Source: Phoronis australis (taxonomy: Eukaryota; Animalia; Phoronida). From it: a stretch of 64,000 nucleotides of DNA. The stretch is from NCBI GenBank assembly GCA_002633005.1, contig NMRA01000510.1, positions 174,595 through 238,594 on the forward strand, written 5' to 3'. The notes below the pieces were generated by a model. That model had not been told where the DNA came from and did not search any database. It saw nothing but the letters and a program-made list of their open reading frames with translations. This document shows positions 14,301 through 27,209 of the stretch, piece by piece. Positions within the stretch are counted from its first letter, which is position 1. Each line of letters begins with the position of its first letter. The position numbers and the translations under genes are program-made.

Positions 14301-15906
14301 TTACTCGGCTGCCCTCACCACCAGATTCCATCAGTTATTAAATGCCGTACTTTATGGGTTAGAGGCACCAGAACAGGGTCAGTCATTGTTCGCAACATGA
14401 CTCTGTCTAAAGTTTTTCATACTAATTGATGAATACAGGCGCACAATTCTTATCAGCGTTGCATCTCTTGATCCAGTGGGTATACAATGGCAATGACCCC
14501 TTTCGGTGATGTCATAGGCCAAGAATGACGAAAGAACACTAGCTGGCGATGTTGGCGGTATTAGCAGTAACCTTGCACTCATCGCGAGTGCACTTAATAA
14601 GAACTGGCTTTGACTTTATTCTAGGCTTTAATTTAAAGTTTGAGGCTTCCCGCTCCCGCCATCGGCCACACACGTACATGTAGACAGTTCAAAACATTTT
14701 GTTTGCAATTCGATTCAATGACACTTGAATTACATTTGGCCTTTCTTGAAAATTTGAAAACAATATCCTATTGCCTCCCTACACGGACGTACCTACATCA
14801 TCTTAGAGGAGTGAAGTCGTAGACTGAGGGAACACCTTATTTGAGAGCGGCACCACAAAAAATTAGAAACGACGCAGAACCAGCCGAATACATGTGCCAA
14901 GAAATTCAATCACGGGGCGTTGAACGTCAACAAATTTCGCTACTTCAGGAAGTAAGCGCAGTTCGACTTGGCGTGGCATCCTCTGGCCATATCCGGGGTC
15001 GCCTAATCTTGAGTTGACAGGCACTTGGGTGGTAGAACAACCCATCTTGAACCTACACACGTACAGCATACTATACTAGTGACGTAATACTCAATAATAA
15101 ACACAACAGAGGTGCTGTCCTTGAAAAACTAGATGAAGAACGCTGACAACCAAGAAGAACCAAAACGTAAATGCGCTATCTAGTATTGCAACAAGATCAG
15201 CTATTTTCGCACAAATGAAACACACAAAAGTTGACTTTTTTAATTTAGACCACAAAATGGCGGAGAATGGAATATTACTGAAAGAAGCGTAATGACGGTC
15301 TTGCACTAATCGTTGACTCTCGACGCAGTCATAGATTTTCAGGGTTTCAGTTACAATATGCTTTTTACAAGCAACATAGACCCGGTAAAGTAGAGCGTGG
15401 ATATGCGTCCAAAGCATGCATGGTGGCAACGGCAAGAATATAAAGAATGCTAATTGTTTCAAAGTTGCTACAAAGCGGTACAGCAGTCAGACCTGTTTGA
15501 CAGTCAAGGGTACACAACTGCCTAATTCCATGTAAGTCCTTTAAAAGTATCGAGACAAGCTGGGAAAATGTGCTCATTCTCCAAAACAGGCCCATTTAAC
15601 AAGGTTGCTCACACTAAACTCATGTCTCACAACCATCGCCGAACTCTCATTCTCGGGAAATACACAGTTTCCAGCCAAAATCATTACCACAAACAAGAAG
15701 GTCACACCCTCCACAGGAAGAGCAGGACGAATAGCTACAACAACTGGGTCTGTAACTAAACCAGATTTTAAATGGATCCTGTGGAGAGTGACTGATACAT
15801 CATTTAGTGCAACATCCCTAACAGAGCTGTTAGACATTCGAGTTTTATGAGAAGGCCGCAAAATACTTTGTAACAGGATGGATCTCCTACTACCCATATC
15901 TCTTAA

Positions 15907-16857
15907 ACAGTACACACCATGGATTTTTGCACATTTCGAATTACCGGTGGCCACAGACTAAATGTATGACGTAAAATTTAGCCAAATCCATGATTATTTT
16001 GTGTCATTAGCTCGAAATTTTGATTTCTCTTTCAATTTTGCCAATTTTCACATTTCCCGCCATGTTACATCATGGGTTGAACACAAGAGATCAGCGACTA
16101 GCATTGAATAACGGCGGAGAGTAGGGAATTTGAAAGCGACAACGATTATGAGCAAGAAATGAACAAATACTATGAAGAAACGTACGAGAATGGTGGCCAG
16201 GATGACGAAACGGGGGTTGCACGAAAGCGAGAACGAGTTTGATATGTTTTCAGCTGCGTACTTTTCTATTTTGAGGCCTTACGAACTGGATCCTCCCGCT
16301 AGAGAAGCGGCCTCGGGCTCGGCCAGTCAACCCAGTCATCCAACAGACGATCCTGAATAAAGAGCCGATGTTTCTGAATAGTAAATATTGTCCTTTATTG
16401 AACCAGGCCTTCATCGTAACATCTCCTCTGATTGGAGTAGTGTTTCGACAGAACACAGAGTGGCTCCGGACAGAATCGCTTGGTCCACGCTGAAGTCCCA
16501 CACTCTCGTTCGGCGCACGAAGCGATGCCACTACTGCGCAACTTTGGCGTCCTTCGGAACACCGAGACGTTCTCCGTCTGACTGCTGTTGCTGCAGCCTC
16601 CGCAAACACATCTTTTCATCCCTCTACGAACCTTCTCGACGCTAAATATACTTTACTTTCACTTCACTCTATACACTTAGTTGCTGATCCGAACAGTGTG
16701 CCGAACGACTTGGGTTCAACCCATGACGTTGCACATAATTGTTATTTTTTTCAAATTTTACGTGTTTCTTTATGAGCTGTGCACTAAAGGCACTGAAATC
16801 AAGTAAGATATAATAATAAAATTTATTTTGAGGTACTAGACTCATGTTACGTACACT
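15907..16857. mobile_element. Kolobok-type non-autonomous deletion derivative: degenerate THAP on minus, KolX-like acidic N-terminus on plus
   Basis: TTAA on both sides (15903-06, 16858-61). Imperfect TIRs ACAGTACACACCATG / AGTGTACGTAACATG. The minus ORF begins MKRCVCGGCSNS...F (THAP, frameshifted). The plus ORF has ESENEFDMFS...ILRPYELDP (PYxFEP-like). An inverted catgggttgaac-caag motif lies upstream of both ORFs. Confidence 0.65.
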
Positions 16858-17106
16858 TTAAGATAGTAACAGCTACCTCTGTGTCATCGCCAAAAGGTGA
16901 AACTACTCCCTTACTAACAAAAGGCACGAACGCTTACATGTGACTTGACATGTCACGTGAATCTCCCCTGGAGTTGCCTAATCCGTTTTTTTTCTTAAGT
17001 TTCCAACACTCGAAAATCAGATGTCCTCGCTTCTTACAACATGCATTACTAGGGAACCTGGGAATACTTCAAAGACCACATTTTCTGTTCACATTTTCCA
17101 TGGCTA

Positions 17107-19890
17107 AAATCGTTTTTCGTACTTCCCACAATTCAAAATCCATTACCGGCGTTTTATTGTATCGTTCATTTGGCTTGACACCACTAGTGTTACGCCGCCG
17201 TGACCACCTCAGACAACGGTCCATTGAGGTACTTTTAAAACACTCGTGGCAAAAGTTTCGTCTTTATTTGTAATTACTGATCGTTGACAACTTCGTGCCC
17301 ATTCCACGTAATACACTTGGACTCTAATTGCAGCTCAGAAAACATAAAGCTTTTTTAAGTTTTACTTTGGCTGACTTCCAGGAGGTCCACTAGACGACAA
17401 AGATGACGTCCATGAAAAGTAATTAATTTTATTTGAACCCAGCAGCTCCAACGTGTCTCTAGAAAGTTATCAGTCAATTTTTAAGGCTCAGTACAGTGTA
17501 GTTTGCTTATAGGTTTACTTGGTCCGGTCTTGTCACCTGCCGGACCGAGTACGCTTTGACGTCATCAAACAGATTCTAAATATTTCATAAATTCTTTCGC
17601 AGTCGTTTTTCGTGGTTTTCACGGTTCAAAAACAATTACCTTTTGTAGTATCGTTCAATTGGCTTGAAACCACGAGTGTTGCGCCGCCGTCACGGTTACC
17701 ACCGCTCAGACAACGGTCTAACAACGTATATTTAAAAAATTCTCTGTGGCAAAATTTTCGTCTATACGAGGGTCGTTCAATAAGTTCTCGGCCTCACCCA
17801 GAAAACAACGCGATGGCAACTAATTTTGACTTTTATTTTTCAATATAATCTCCCGTTACATCAATGCATTTCTTCCATCTGTGCTCCAGTTTTGCAATGC
17901 CTTCGCAAAAGAAACTTTTGTCTAGCTCCTCAAAATACTCCTCCACTGCACTCATGACGTTATCATCGCTCACATACTGGCGTCCACGCAGGTAGGCCTT
18001 CAAATGTGGTGACAAATAAAAATCAGACGGAGCCAGGACTGGAGAATAAGCGAGGTGCGGAAGGATTTCAAAGCCACGCGTTGTCTTGAAACAACAGCAC
18101 TCCATCCCGAAACTTCCCGCGTCTCTTTTCCTCGATTGCTTTTTTGAGTTTTTTCAAAAGTGATGCATAGTAATTCCCAATAACAGTGTGTCCTCGTTGC
18201 AAGTAGTCAATCATCAGAATACCTTTGCTTTCCCAGAACACAGAGGCCATAACTTTGCTGGCAGAGGCATCCAACTTGAACTTTCTCGGGCTTGAGGAAC
18301 CCACGAGCTTCCATTGTTTACTTTGTTGTTTGATTCCAGGTCAAAGTGGTGGACCCATGTCTCATCCTGGGTTACAAGTCTTCTGGAAAATTTGGCTGGA
18401 TCTGCTTGGAATCTTTCTAGAAGTTCCTTTGAAATTTGCATTCTGCTCATCTGATCCTGAGTTAACATTCTTGGCACCCATCGTGCACTCAGCTTACTCA
18501 TGCCCAAATCTTCACTCAGAATTTTAGAGATGGACCCATTGCTGATGCCAACAGTGTTTGCCAAATGTTGAACTGTCATTCGCCTGTCTTTCATAACCAT
18601 TGCATCAATTTTCTGCACATTTTCACTGGAGGTCGATAATTTGGGACGTCCTGGTCGAGGGTCATCTTCAACGCTTTTTCCCTACCCCTCTTGAAACAAG
18701 CTGACCACTTTTTTACTGTAGAGTATCTCGGGGAGTCTGTTCCGAGTGTTTTTCGCATCTCTTCATGAATTGGTTTCATTCCTTTATTACAAAAATACTT
18801 TATGACGGCTCTCGTCTCCGTTATATCTCATCTGCTAAATGTGTTGTCGTCTGCTTTTTGAAGCAGCGCTACCTCGCGGCAGTTGACCGTACTAATTCAG
18901 TATGAACGCAGCACTGTTGTAAAAGATGAAATTTTACTGTCGATGTGAAAAAATTTAACCTGCGACCCTGTTTTCTTGTTGAGGCCGAGAACTTATTGAA
19001 CCACCCACGTATGTGTAATGGGTGATCGTTGACAACTTCATGTCAAATCCGCAGAATACAGTCAGACCCTATTTGCGTCTCAAAACATGAACTTTCAAAG
19101 TTTTACTTGGGCTGGCTAAGGTCCAGACGGCATGGTTAACGCCAATGAAACATAATTTATTTCGTTTGACATGTACGCAGCAGCTCCAACAAAGCCATTA
19201 CCTCTTCTACGTGTTTCTAGAAAGTTATCAACCATTTTTACGGCTTATACACCGTAGTTTTCCTTTCGTATTTACTTGGTCCGGTCTGTCAACGGCTGGA
19301 CCGAGTGCGCAGTGACGTCATCAAAATCGCAGGTTGGCTATCGTGCAGGAGGTCCGGGCGACATACTTGACGCCAATGAAAAGTAATTAATTTCATTTTT
19401 CATGTACCCCGCAGCTCCTCTTGTACGTTTTTCTATAAAGTTATCAACCAATTTTCACGGCTCAATACATTGTAGTTTTGCTTGCAGGTTTACTTGGTCC
19501 GGTGTGTCAGCGGCCGAAACGAGTGCGCTGTGACGTCATCAAACTCTCGGAATCTAAATATTTCAAAAGTTCTTTCACTTTCCCTTCAAAGACCGCTTTT
19601 TTGACGTCTAGAATAGTTTTTCATGCTAATTCACTGGCAACAGGTTATCGATGTTTTGAAAATTCTCAGTGGCAAAATTTTCGCCTATAGTTGTAATTAG
19701 TGATCGTTAACAGGTGCATGCCAATTCCATGGAGTGCTTTTCCCTGCTCAAAACCTAATGTTTTTTTAACTTGGGCTGGTAACCAGGAGGTCCGAAGGCG
19801 TCAATGAAAAGTAATTAATTTAATTTGGCATGTACACAGCACTTCTCAAAAAACAATTACTTCGCATACGTATCTCTAGACAGTTATCAA
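17107..19890 (+). repeat. Degenerate tandem repeat array (~500-bp unit, 3-4 partial copies) interrupted by the mariner
   Basis: Recurring blocks: atgaaaagtaattaattt (~17412, 19145, 19376, 19805), tttacttggtccggt (~17514, 19271, 19489) and tggcaaaa-tttcg-ct...tgatcgtt (~17247, 17747/19020, 19670). Confidence 0.7.
17767..19009 (-). mobile_element. Full-length mariner (DD34D type) transposon with a frameshifted transposase
   Basis: 30-bp TIRs CGAGGGTCGTTCAATAAGTTCTCGGCCTCA (2 mismatches), TA on both sides, 1243 bp. Transposase motifs are split over four ORF-track frames: STVKKWSACFKRG, WVPRML, VTQDETWVHHFD, KVMASVFW, FQDNA, AYSPVLAPSDFYL. Confidence 0.95.
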
Positions 19891-21160
19891 CCTTTTTCAT
19901 GTCATTTTAGCAAAAATAAAGTTCGTTGATTATCCCAGACATATTTTTCACTTATTTACTGCTTTTCGTAATTTAATTAATTACTCGTCGTCTACTTCGG
20001 AAGTGACGTTTTGGGAGGCAAGAATTTCGCGCATATTTCTTTTCATATAGTCTGACTGTCAGAGCAGTCGAGTCAGTCATTGTTCTATCTCGGTTGTGAT
20101 AAGTTCTGTCGTCGTTTGCTTTTGCTTACGAGTTAATCATCGTCTCACGTACAGAGGAAAAACTGTCCCACTTGCCCGAGTGTCCCGCGACACACTCACA
20201 CTGGAGGGTGATCTGAGCACCCAAACTGCTTAAATTCAGCCGTGTGACTCCCTCGCCACACACCTGGCACCTTCTAAATAGCTCCAATACAAGTCCACAT
20301 TAAACTTATCAAACTTAGGCTCACCAATCTGTTCATTGGATGACGAACTGTCCTCTTCATTGGGTGCCAAACTGGGCCTGTATTCACTCCCACTACTCAA
20401 CATCGCTGCAGGGCTGCTTACAGGCTTTGGGTTAGAGACAACAGCACTGCTAGTTCCCGGAATTGAGCGCAATGGGGTGCGTTCGGAGGCAGGGGTGACA
20501 GTATAGATGAAGCGCCTTCAGTCACTGTATATAGTGCCACAGCTCGCGAGGCTTCTCGCTTCAAAAACGCACTTCTCGGGGTTGACGACGGGGCACTGCC
20601 GGGAATCAACAGCGACGGTATTATACCCTTCTTCAGGCGTTGTTTCGCAGGGACCTTCATCAATTCAGCGTACATATCTCTGTCGTAATCTGACGGCAGA
20701 AAATGCTTGCCACACACTCGGTAACCCTCCACTACTTTGTACGTTGCGTGGACGGGTAGCGCTGCGTTCTTCACATGAACGAGCTAGCCAAGTACGGCGA
20801 AGTGTGTCATCCTCCGGAAAGCGACGCAAGGTACCCAAAGCACGTGTGAGACGATAATGAGTACATCCCGACACACAGCAACAGCGTGGCATGTTGACTG
20901 ACTTGTAAACAAAAGCAAACGACGACCGAACTGATCACAACCGAGTTAGAACAATGACTGACTCGACAGCCCTCACAGTCAGACTACAATGAAAAGAAAT
21001 TGGCGCGAAACTCTTGCCTCCCAAAACGTCACTTCCGGAGTAGAAGACGAGAAATTAATCAAATTACTAAAAGCTGTAATTAAATGAAAAATGTGTCTGA
21101 GATAATCAACGAACCTTATTTTTTGCTAAAAAGTGACATGAAAAAAGGTTGCCTTCGCCT
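19888..21160 (-). mobile_element. Kolobok-type element: THAP plus N-terminal transposase region (frameshifted) between ~250-bp inverted repeats
   Basis: Right end GGTTGCCTTCGCCT|TTAA. 19888-~20140 is the reverse complement of ~20890-21153. ATG at 20892 gives MPRCCCVSGC...RFP...W / RVCGKHF...LKKGIIP (THAP C2CH), then EPKF...RC and LGAQITLQCECVAGHSGKWDS, resembling the GxxxxxxCxxGHxxxWxS block of Kolobok transposases. Confidence 0.8.
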
Positions 21161-21446
21161 TTAAAACTCAATATACTGATATCTGTAATTGTCTGTCGTG
21201 TTTTTCATTTCATTTAAATTTTACATTTTTGATGTCTGCAAGCAGTCGTCTTGCCTCAGATTACTTGGCCAACTTTAAATTTCTCTTTTTTATAACTCCA
21301 AGTTCCAGTCAGAACGAACAAAAGAAAGTTTTCTTCCCGGAGTTCTCGAAGAATCGACATTTGCTATGGATGCACCATTTACAGCCGATATATTCTACCA
21401 AGGAAAGTGACCGTTTCAACTCCACGCCCAATGTCGATCACACGTC

Positions 21447-21680
21447 TTCTTTCAACTGCTGAGTCGACAAAGATGCGTACTGCTGCCATACAAAAGCTGA
21501 AAGAAGGTAGTATACCGTTATTGTCAGTACTAATCATTCTAAAATAATGAAAGTAGGGGAGCCGATTGTTTAATTAATATTTGTTATATGTCAGATCGGC
21601 ACTAAGATCAACCCGTCTCATCTTTCAGCTGCTGAGTCGACGAAGATGCATACTGCTGCCACACAGAAGCTAAAAGAGAA
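21447..21680 (+). repeat. Local direct duplication of ~58 bp, period ~173 bp
   Basis: tctttcaactgctgagtcgacaaagatgcgtactgctgccatacaaaagctgaaaga versus tctttcagctgctgagtcgacgaagatgcatactgctgccacacagaagctaaaaga. Confidence 0.8.
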
Positions 21681-23683
21681 GCAGGCAGGCGGTAGTGCAG
21701 ACAAACACAAATTTCAATAACAATTTTGAAAAGTTTTCTAAATTAATATTACATCTGTCCAAGCAAGAAAAAGTCTCAAGGTGATTAAAGGCAGTAATTC
21801 CCCAACTGTAAATTCATCAACAATATATTTTAAAATGCATATTATGATATTGTCAATCTTTAACATAAAATAAGGGGTACCACAATTAGTTAACATACTT
21901 AAAATATTCACATACATATGTCCTGAGAACCCCAAATGCTTTAGGAAGAGGTGAACGTGGCAGACAAATGCTATTTACCTGATTGTAAATTAAAAAAATA
22001 TTGAACACACATTTATCTAGATAGCCATTTCAGTATTAGAGCATGTTAAGACAGCAGTGTTAGATTGGTAGAATTAATTGGGCACATTTAGTAAAAGGTC
22101 TATATATGGATTTGTTGAACTGAAGTTTGGCTATAGGGTCCGGGTAATCCTGATTTGTTTGTTATGTAATTGAAACAAGGAATTGAAGATTTTGGAATGC
22201 AAGAACGGCATTCATTCCAATAGGTATGATGTCTATATTGTAATAGGTTGGTATCCGGAGACTTAACTCATCAAGTTTACATCGGCGAAATTGTCTCGCT
22301 CAGTTCACATGCTCGGTTCACCAGATACTGAAGAGAGTAGACACCACGGTGTTGCAATATATGTAACATGGGGAATCGCACTTCTGAAGAAAATATTACG
22401 TACAATTTCCAATCGAAAAGCCACGTTTTCAAACGTCTTGGTCCGTATCATAAAGCAATGGCAAGCAATGGTATTGAGAACAGTGGTGCTTTTGTTCGTA
22501 GGTAAAAAGTGCTTGTGCTGATTATGTGCAATAAATGAACGATTCATTAGTTGACTGATTGAAACAAGTCAACATCCCATTCCAAGTAAAAAATGTAATG
22601 ACTGTAATAGAACTCTTCACTTCAGTCGGTCTCAACACTTAACACCGGTTGTATTGTTGTAAACAATATAACATCCAATTATTTTTTTTCAATCCAACTG
22701 AGTGCAGATAATGTGATCACGTTCTGAAGTGCAGTCTTTTCAAGCAAGTTTTCAAAAATTTTGCATTGGTTATATACATTTGCATACACTTCTTCATCTC
22801 CTCTTGCAGCGTTTCATCTGTGACACCTTTTCCGGTGCAATTCCGCGAGACTGGTGACGTCACAGGTCAGTCACTGGAGCCTATCATTGAAATCAAGGTT
22901 ATTTGGCTCAGTAATAACCAAGACTGACGAAAGTATGCCATTTTAAATTTAAAAACTTCGCTCATCCAGTAAAAGTGGATGGTATTAGAAAATTTAACAC
23001 TTTTTCAACAGTGAAAAGCACGTCAACTGGCAAGAACTGTGACACATTAAAAAGCCAAGCACGAAAACACTTGTGTTTTTAGGAAATATTACAAACTTAT
23101 ATGTGAAATTTGTCGAGTTCAGGAAGCTCTGGTGACCTCAAGGCTAGCTCACTCGGGTTGGGCCGGGACAGGAGACCGGACCGAGTAAACCTGCAAGTCA
23201 TAATTATAATAATGATTTTTTATCGAGCAGATTATATTTTTGCACCATATGGGGAGCTCAAATTAAAAAAGCCCATAAAAATGAAATCCGGTTTAGAAAA
23301 GGTGCATTTGTAAGACCTGTTCACTATAACACAATGCATGGTAGACATTCAGATATTAACGGTACAAAGTAACATTGCCACTTGGTCGGAGGTATTTACT
23401 CGGTCTGCGAGGTCGGACCATGTAAGCCCACCAAGTTAACTTGGTCGGAAGGCTTTCTTGGTCTACGACAGCGCTACAGCACACTACCGACTTGAGCTAG
23501 CTCGAGTTCAGTCTGGAACCCGCAACCGGTTTCAGGAAACGGGGCAGATCGTGTATGGCTTTACTGGGGCGTTCTGTTCAACATTTTGGTGCTCTGAAAC
23601 TACAAAGGCAGCCAAATGTATTACGCACAGTGCTTTGTTCAAGATTATACTCCAAGAAGACATGGAGGTTTGTAGAAATTTTA

Positions 23684-23746
23684 ATCGAGGGCGGCGCAAC
23701 ACTAAAAAAAGTGGGCCCCCCAGCCCCCTATAATGCGCCGCCCATG
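23684..23746. mobile_element. Tiny MITE, same family as 8276 and 31051
   Basis: gggcggcgca...tgcgccgccc inverted termini around a short A-rich/C-rich core. Confidence 0.55.
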
Positions 23747-24508
23747 CCTTAGTCTTGATTGTCAGTGACATTTTCCTGGGATTCAACTAAGCTATCAGCC
23801 AGCTAAGGGGATAACCTCGAGCACGAGAGAGCGTGGTTGTTGTTCATGTTTCGATTCTTGAATCGTGAACTCGTGTGTTTTAAATTCTTACTGACGTATA
23901 ATCACCGAGTGTTTACATCGTGAGCATTGATGGTGAATACGCCGAACTAAGTCATCCGAAATCAGTTTTGGGAAGTGCACCATTCACTAATATGGGTCAC
24001 GTAACTAAGGTGAACACAAGGTCATCCGCGGGGGTGAGGGGGGGGGGGGTAAAATCATTTTTACGACCGAAAGCTCACTGTTGGGATTATTACTGAGTGG
24101 TTTTTCTTCAAGTTATGGCTGGTAAAGTATTATACCACATATTGCGTGGGGTTTGACCCAGATAACAGAGTGTTTGCTGAAGTGTCGTGTTCGAATACGT
24201 GCTGGGCTGGGCTGGTCTCAGAAAAAGATTTTTCGGCTCACCGATAATCCGAAAGCGGCCTACGGTCGCGGGTTATTCGAAAAACAGTGCAATAGGCGCT
24301 CTTTTTATAATGACGATACTCGATTTGTAAAATGTTGTCGACTACGAGAATTTGAAACAAATGTCGCGATTTATAGAGTTCATGTTTGGTCAGGGGCAAA
24401 CAGAGGTTGCATGAGATTTCTCCGATTACAGCCGCTGACCGAGCATAGACAGGTCCACTGTCTCGACTGACACTAGTAGAGACGGTAGTCATCTCAAAGG
24501 TCCATCAT

Positions 24509-24573
24509 ATGTTGGAAGTTTTCGGCAAGTTATGCCTCACACTTATTAAACCATCAAAGTCATGTTGCTATAA
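24509..24573 (+). CDS. ACSF2: Candidate first coding exon of the ACSF2-like gene (MLEVFGKLCLTLIKPSKSCCY)
   Basis: ATG at 24509; donor AA|gtacgc is phase 2, matching the phase-2 acceptor at 25362. No homology support and the donor is weak. Confidence 0.25.
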
Positions 24574-25361
24574 GTACGCTAGGCAAATCTTACGCTAACA
24601 GGGTTTGCACGAAAAGTGGACGACATTAAAGCGTGCACCCCAGACTTGATGAAGTCGTCACGGATTGAAGTGAGCTTGTCGCTATTCATGAGCTTGGCTG
24701 GACGTGTATTGCGGTCGTTAACCAATGCGCCCGTTTAGCACCCGCATTTTAAAGCCAAAAAACACTAAATATAAGGCAGAGAAATTAGCGAAATAGGTTT
24801 TCTTCAGCATCTCGTGAATTGATTAGGACGGGTTAGTTACAGTTTGGCGTAGGCTCGTTTAGGTAACAAAACCTCAAATGTTAGGGTAGCTGTCTCATGT
24901 ACATTTTGCGCATCTTAGGAGGCCGTTGATGTCTTTAACTCTTCCCATCTCGAACAAATACTCCCACAATCAAACTTTTTTGAGCAGTCCTTTGTTCAGT
25001 TGCCCAAATCGTCATATCTCCTGGCGTAAGCAGTGTAAAAATGGCCCGTTTCATTGAGTGACAGAACGAATGACAATTCTAAGATGTGCCAAATGTACTT
25101 ATAACAACATGACTGATGGTTTAATCAGTGCGAGGCCACCGTATGGAGGGCCTATGGGTGTCGGACTACCGTCTCTACTGGGGCCAGCTGAGACGTTGGT
25201 ACGGTCAAAGGGGCGGGGGAGCGCTCTCGGAATCTGGCAGATATGACATCGTTGTGGAATCTCCTTCGCATAAAATATTTGATGAGATGTCCACATGCGA
25301 ACGTGGTTGACATACTGGTACTTCTGTACCGTTTTCGCACACGTTACTTATTTCCATGCAG

Positions 25362-25527
25362 AGAACAGTTAACATGGAGTTACGCGCATGGACCTTCCGA
25401 CGTTCCTCTGATTGGCGAAACCTTGGGTCAAAGGCTGGACAGAGCCGTCGACTCTTATGGCGATAAAGACATGTTTGTGTTTTCCGCTCAAGATGTGCGA
25501 AAGACGTTCACAGAGTTTCAAAAAGAG
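25362..25527 (+). CDS. ACSF2: ACSF2-like acyl-CoA synthetase exon (EQLTWSYAHGPSDVPLIGETLGQ...KTFTEFQKE)
   Basis: ag/gt boundaries (tttccatgcag| ... |gtaacg); SYxxGxSxxPLxxxTxGQ N-terminal motif typical of ACSF2. Confidence 0.9.
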
Positions 25528-26106
25528 GTAACGCTTGCTTTGACTTCATATTTTATGCATACAGTAAATCTATCTTAAATACAGCTTACATATAGGAAAT
25601 GGTGCAGTCCAAATAGGTGGAAGACTGTGCAGAACATCACGAAGAACCTAATGTCGTAAGTATTGTTAGATCAGTGATACTGCATGCAACAAAACTCTTA
25701 ATATGTGTAGAATTAAGAGAAAATTTGAAATTTAATTTAATTATGACTTCAATAATCAGTTGAAAGGACGCGTTGGCAAAGCCCATAAACTCTAAAGCGC
25801 TGATGGTTTCTGTGTTTCTGTGTTTCTTGTTAGTTACGGAAATAGAGTCCTTTTACTTTAGCCAGCCACACAGGGTGAAATGCAGCTTAAAAATATTTTC
25901 CAGTTTGATAAGTGGTCCTATTACCATTATGGCCAGTAAGCCCACAAGTAGAAACCCCATTCATACAACCTTCGGTTAGCTTATTAACGTAGGCCTACAT
26001 TATTTTACCATTTTCTTTTAGCGTTCGATTCAGTACATTCTGTTGTCTCTAGATCCGTGAAACTTGAAACTGATGTACAACATACAGTAAAATTGCGTTG
26101 TTATAG

Positions 26107-26289
26107 GTAAACGATTTTGCCGCCGGTCTTCTGTCTTTGGGACTCAGGCGAGGAGATCGCCTAGGAATTTGGAGCCCCAATTGTTTGGAGTGGATAATTA
26201 CTCAATATGCATCCGCCGTGACCGGGATGATACTGGTCAACATAAATCCTGCATACAGAATTTGTGAGCTGGAGTATGCTATTGGGAAA
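26107..26289 (+). CDS. ACSF2: ACSF2-like exon ([25 protein letters not shown]...VNINPAY...EYAIGK)
   Basis: ttatag| ... |gtatgg, phase 0/0; adenylate-forming enzyme motifs GDRLGIW and VNINPAY. Confidence 0.95.
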
Positions 26290-26694
26290 GTATGGTTTTT
26301 GTTGTTTTTACAACTGAACATGACATTGTGCATATAAAGATTTTACTTGCTAAAGTGAGCTTCAGCTAGAAATTTCCCTGACACCTGAATGGGATTCTAT
26401 CGCAGAATTGGCTGAGACTGCGCGCTGTTGATATTATATTTTTAAATGTACTAGTTGGGCTGTGGTGCGTAGACGCAATATCATGCAAGACTTCGCGAGA
26501 TATCGTGAGTGCCTTGTGTCTACAGAATGCAGCCCTGAATGCCCGCAACTGAGATTTTTTGTGCTGAATCATGTAGCTTTTCCGAACTGTGGTGACTCCG
26601 GGAATTACGTGTAACTCCAATTTCCACGTTCATCTCACATCTGAAATCTTTCGTCCATTGGATCTCACGCCGTTTCCCAATTCTGTGTTTCCAG

Positions 26695-26861
26695 GTAAAA
26701 CTGAACGCCTTAGTTTCCGCAGAGAGGTTCAAGACTCAAGAATATTACGAAATGTTATTCCACCTTTGCCCAGAACTTGCCTTCTCCAAACCCGGCGAGT
26801 TGCACAGTAACCGCCTTCCTGATCTGAAAACCATCATCATGATTGACGGCGAACCCAAACC
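26695..26861 (+). CDS. ACSF2: ACSF2-like exon (VKLNALVSAERFKTQEYYEMLFHLCPEL...RLPDLKTIIMIDGEPK)
   Basis: tttccag| ... |gtaggt, phase 0/2; FKTQxYY...CPE...RLPDL as in ACSF2. Confidence 0.92.
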
Positions 26862-27209
26862 GTAGGTTGGACGCAAATTTACCTTTTAAACATTGTTAGA
26901 TAACATGGTGAACAGGGCCATGCCTTCCAAATAGTACATATTCAAATTAACAAATTGCGCCATAGGAGGATTTATAGGGGTCCAAATGACCTCACCCTGC
27001 AACCACTGCCCAAATATATATCGTTTTAGGGTACTGCGTCTCCAGTTCGTGTCATGATTTGCAAGTTACCCTTAGAAAGAGCGGTCCTTTGTCCACAGAA
27101 CGTAGTCAGTTTGTTTCTTCATTCTATGACATATTTTATCAATGTCGTAATTATAGTTTGAAAATGTTGACTTCAACTCACGCTAGTAAAATTCCCACAC
27201 ACGAACCCG

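Noticed and set aside
1100-14600. Numerous 60-125 aa ORFs
   Set aside because: No recognisable domains or consistent exon chain, and many use non-ATG starts; treated as intronic or intergenic.
14630-15545. Possible TTAA-bounded element ending AAGTCCT|TTAA
   Set aside because: No convincing partner TIR or coding motif.
25058-25361. Upstream ORFs as the ACSF2 N-terminus
   Set aside because: A good acceptor at 25360-61 marks the exon start, and the upstream translations show no family resemblance.
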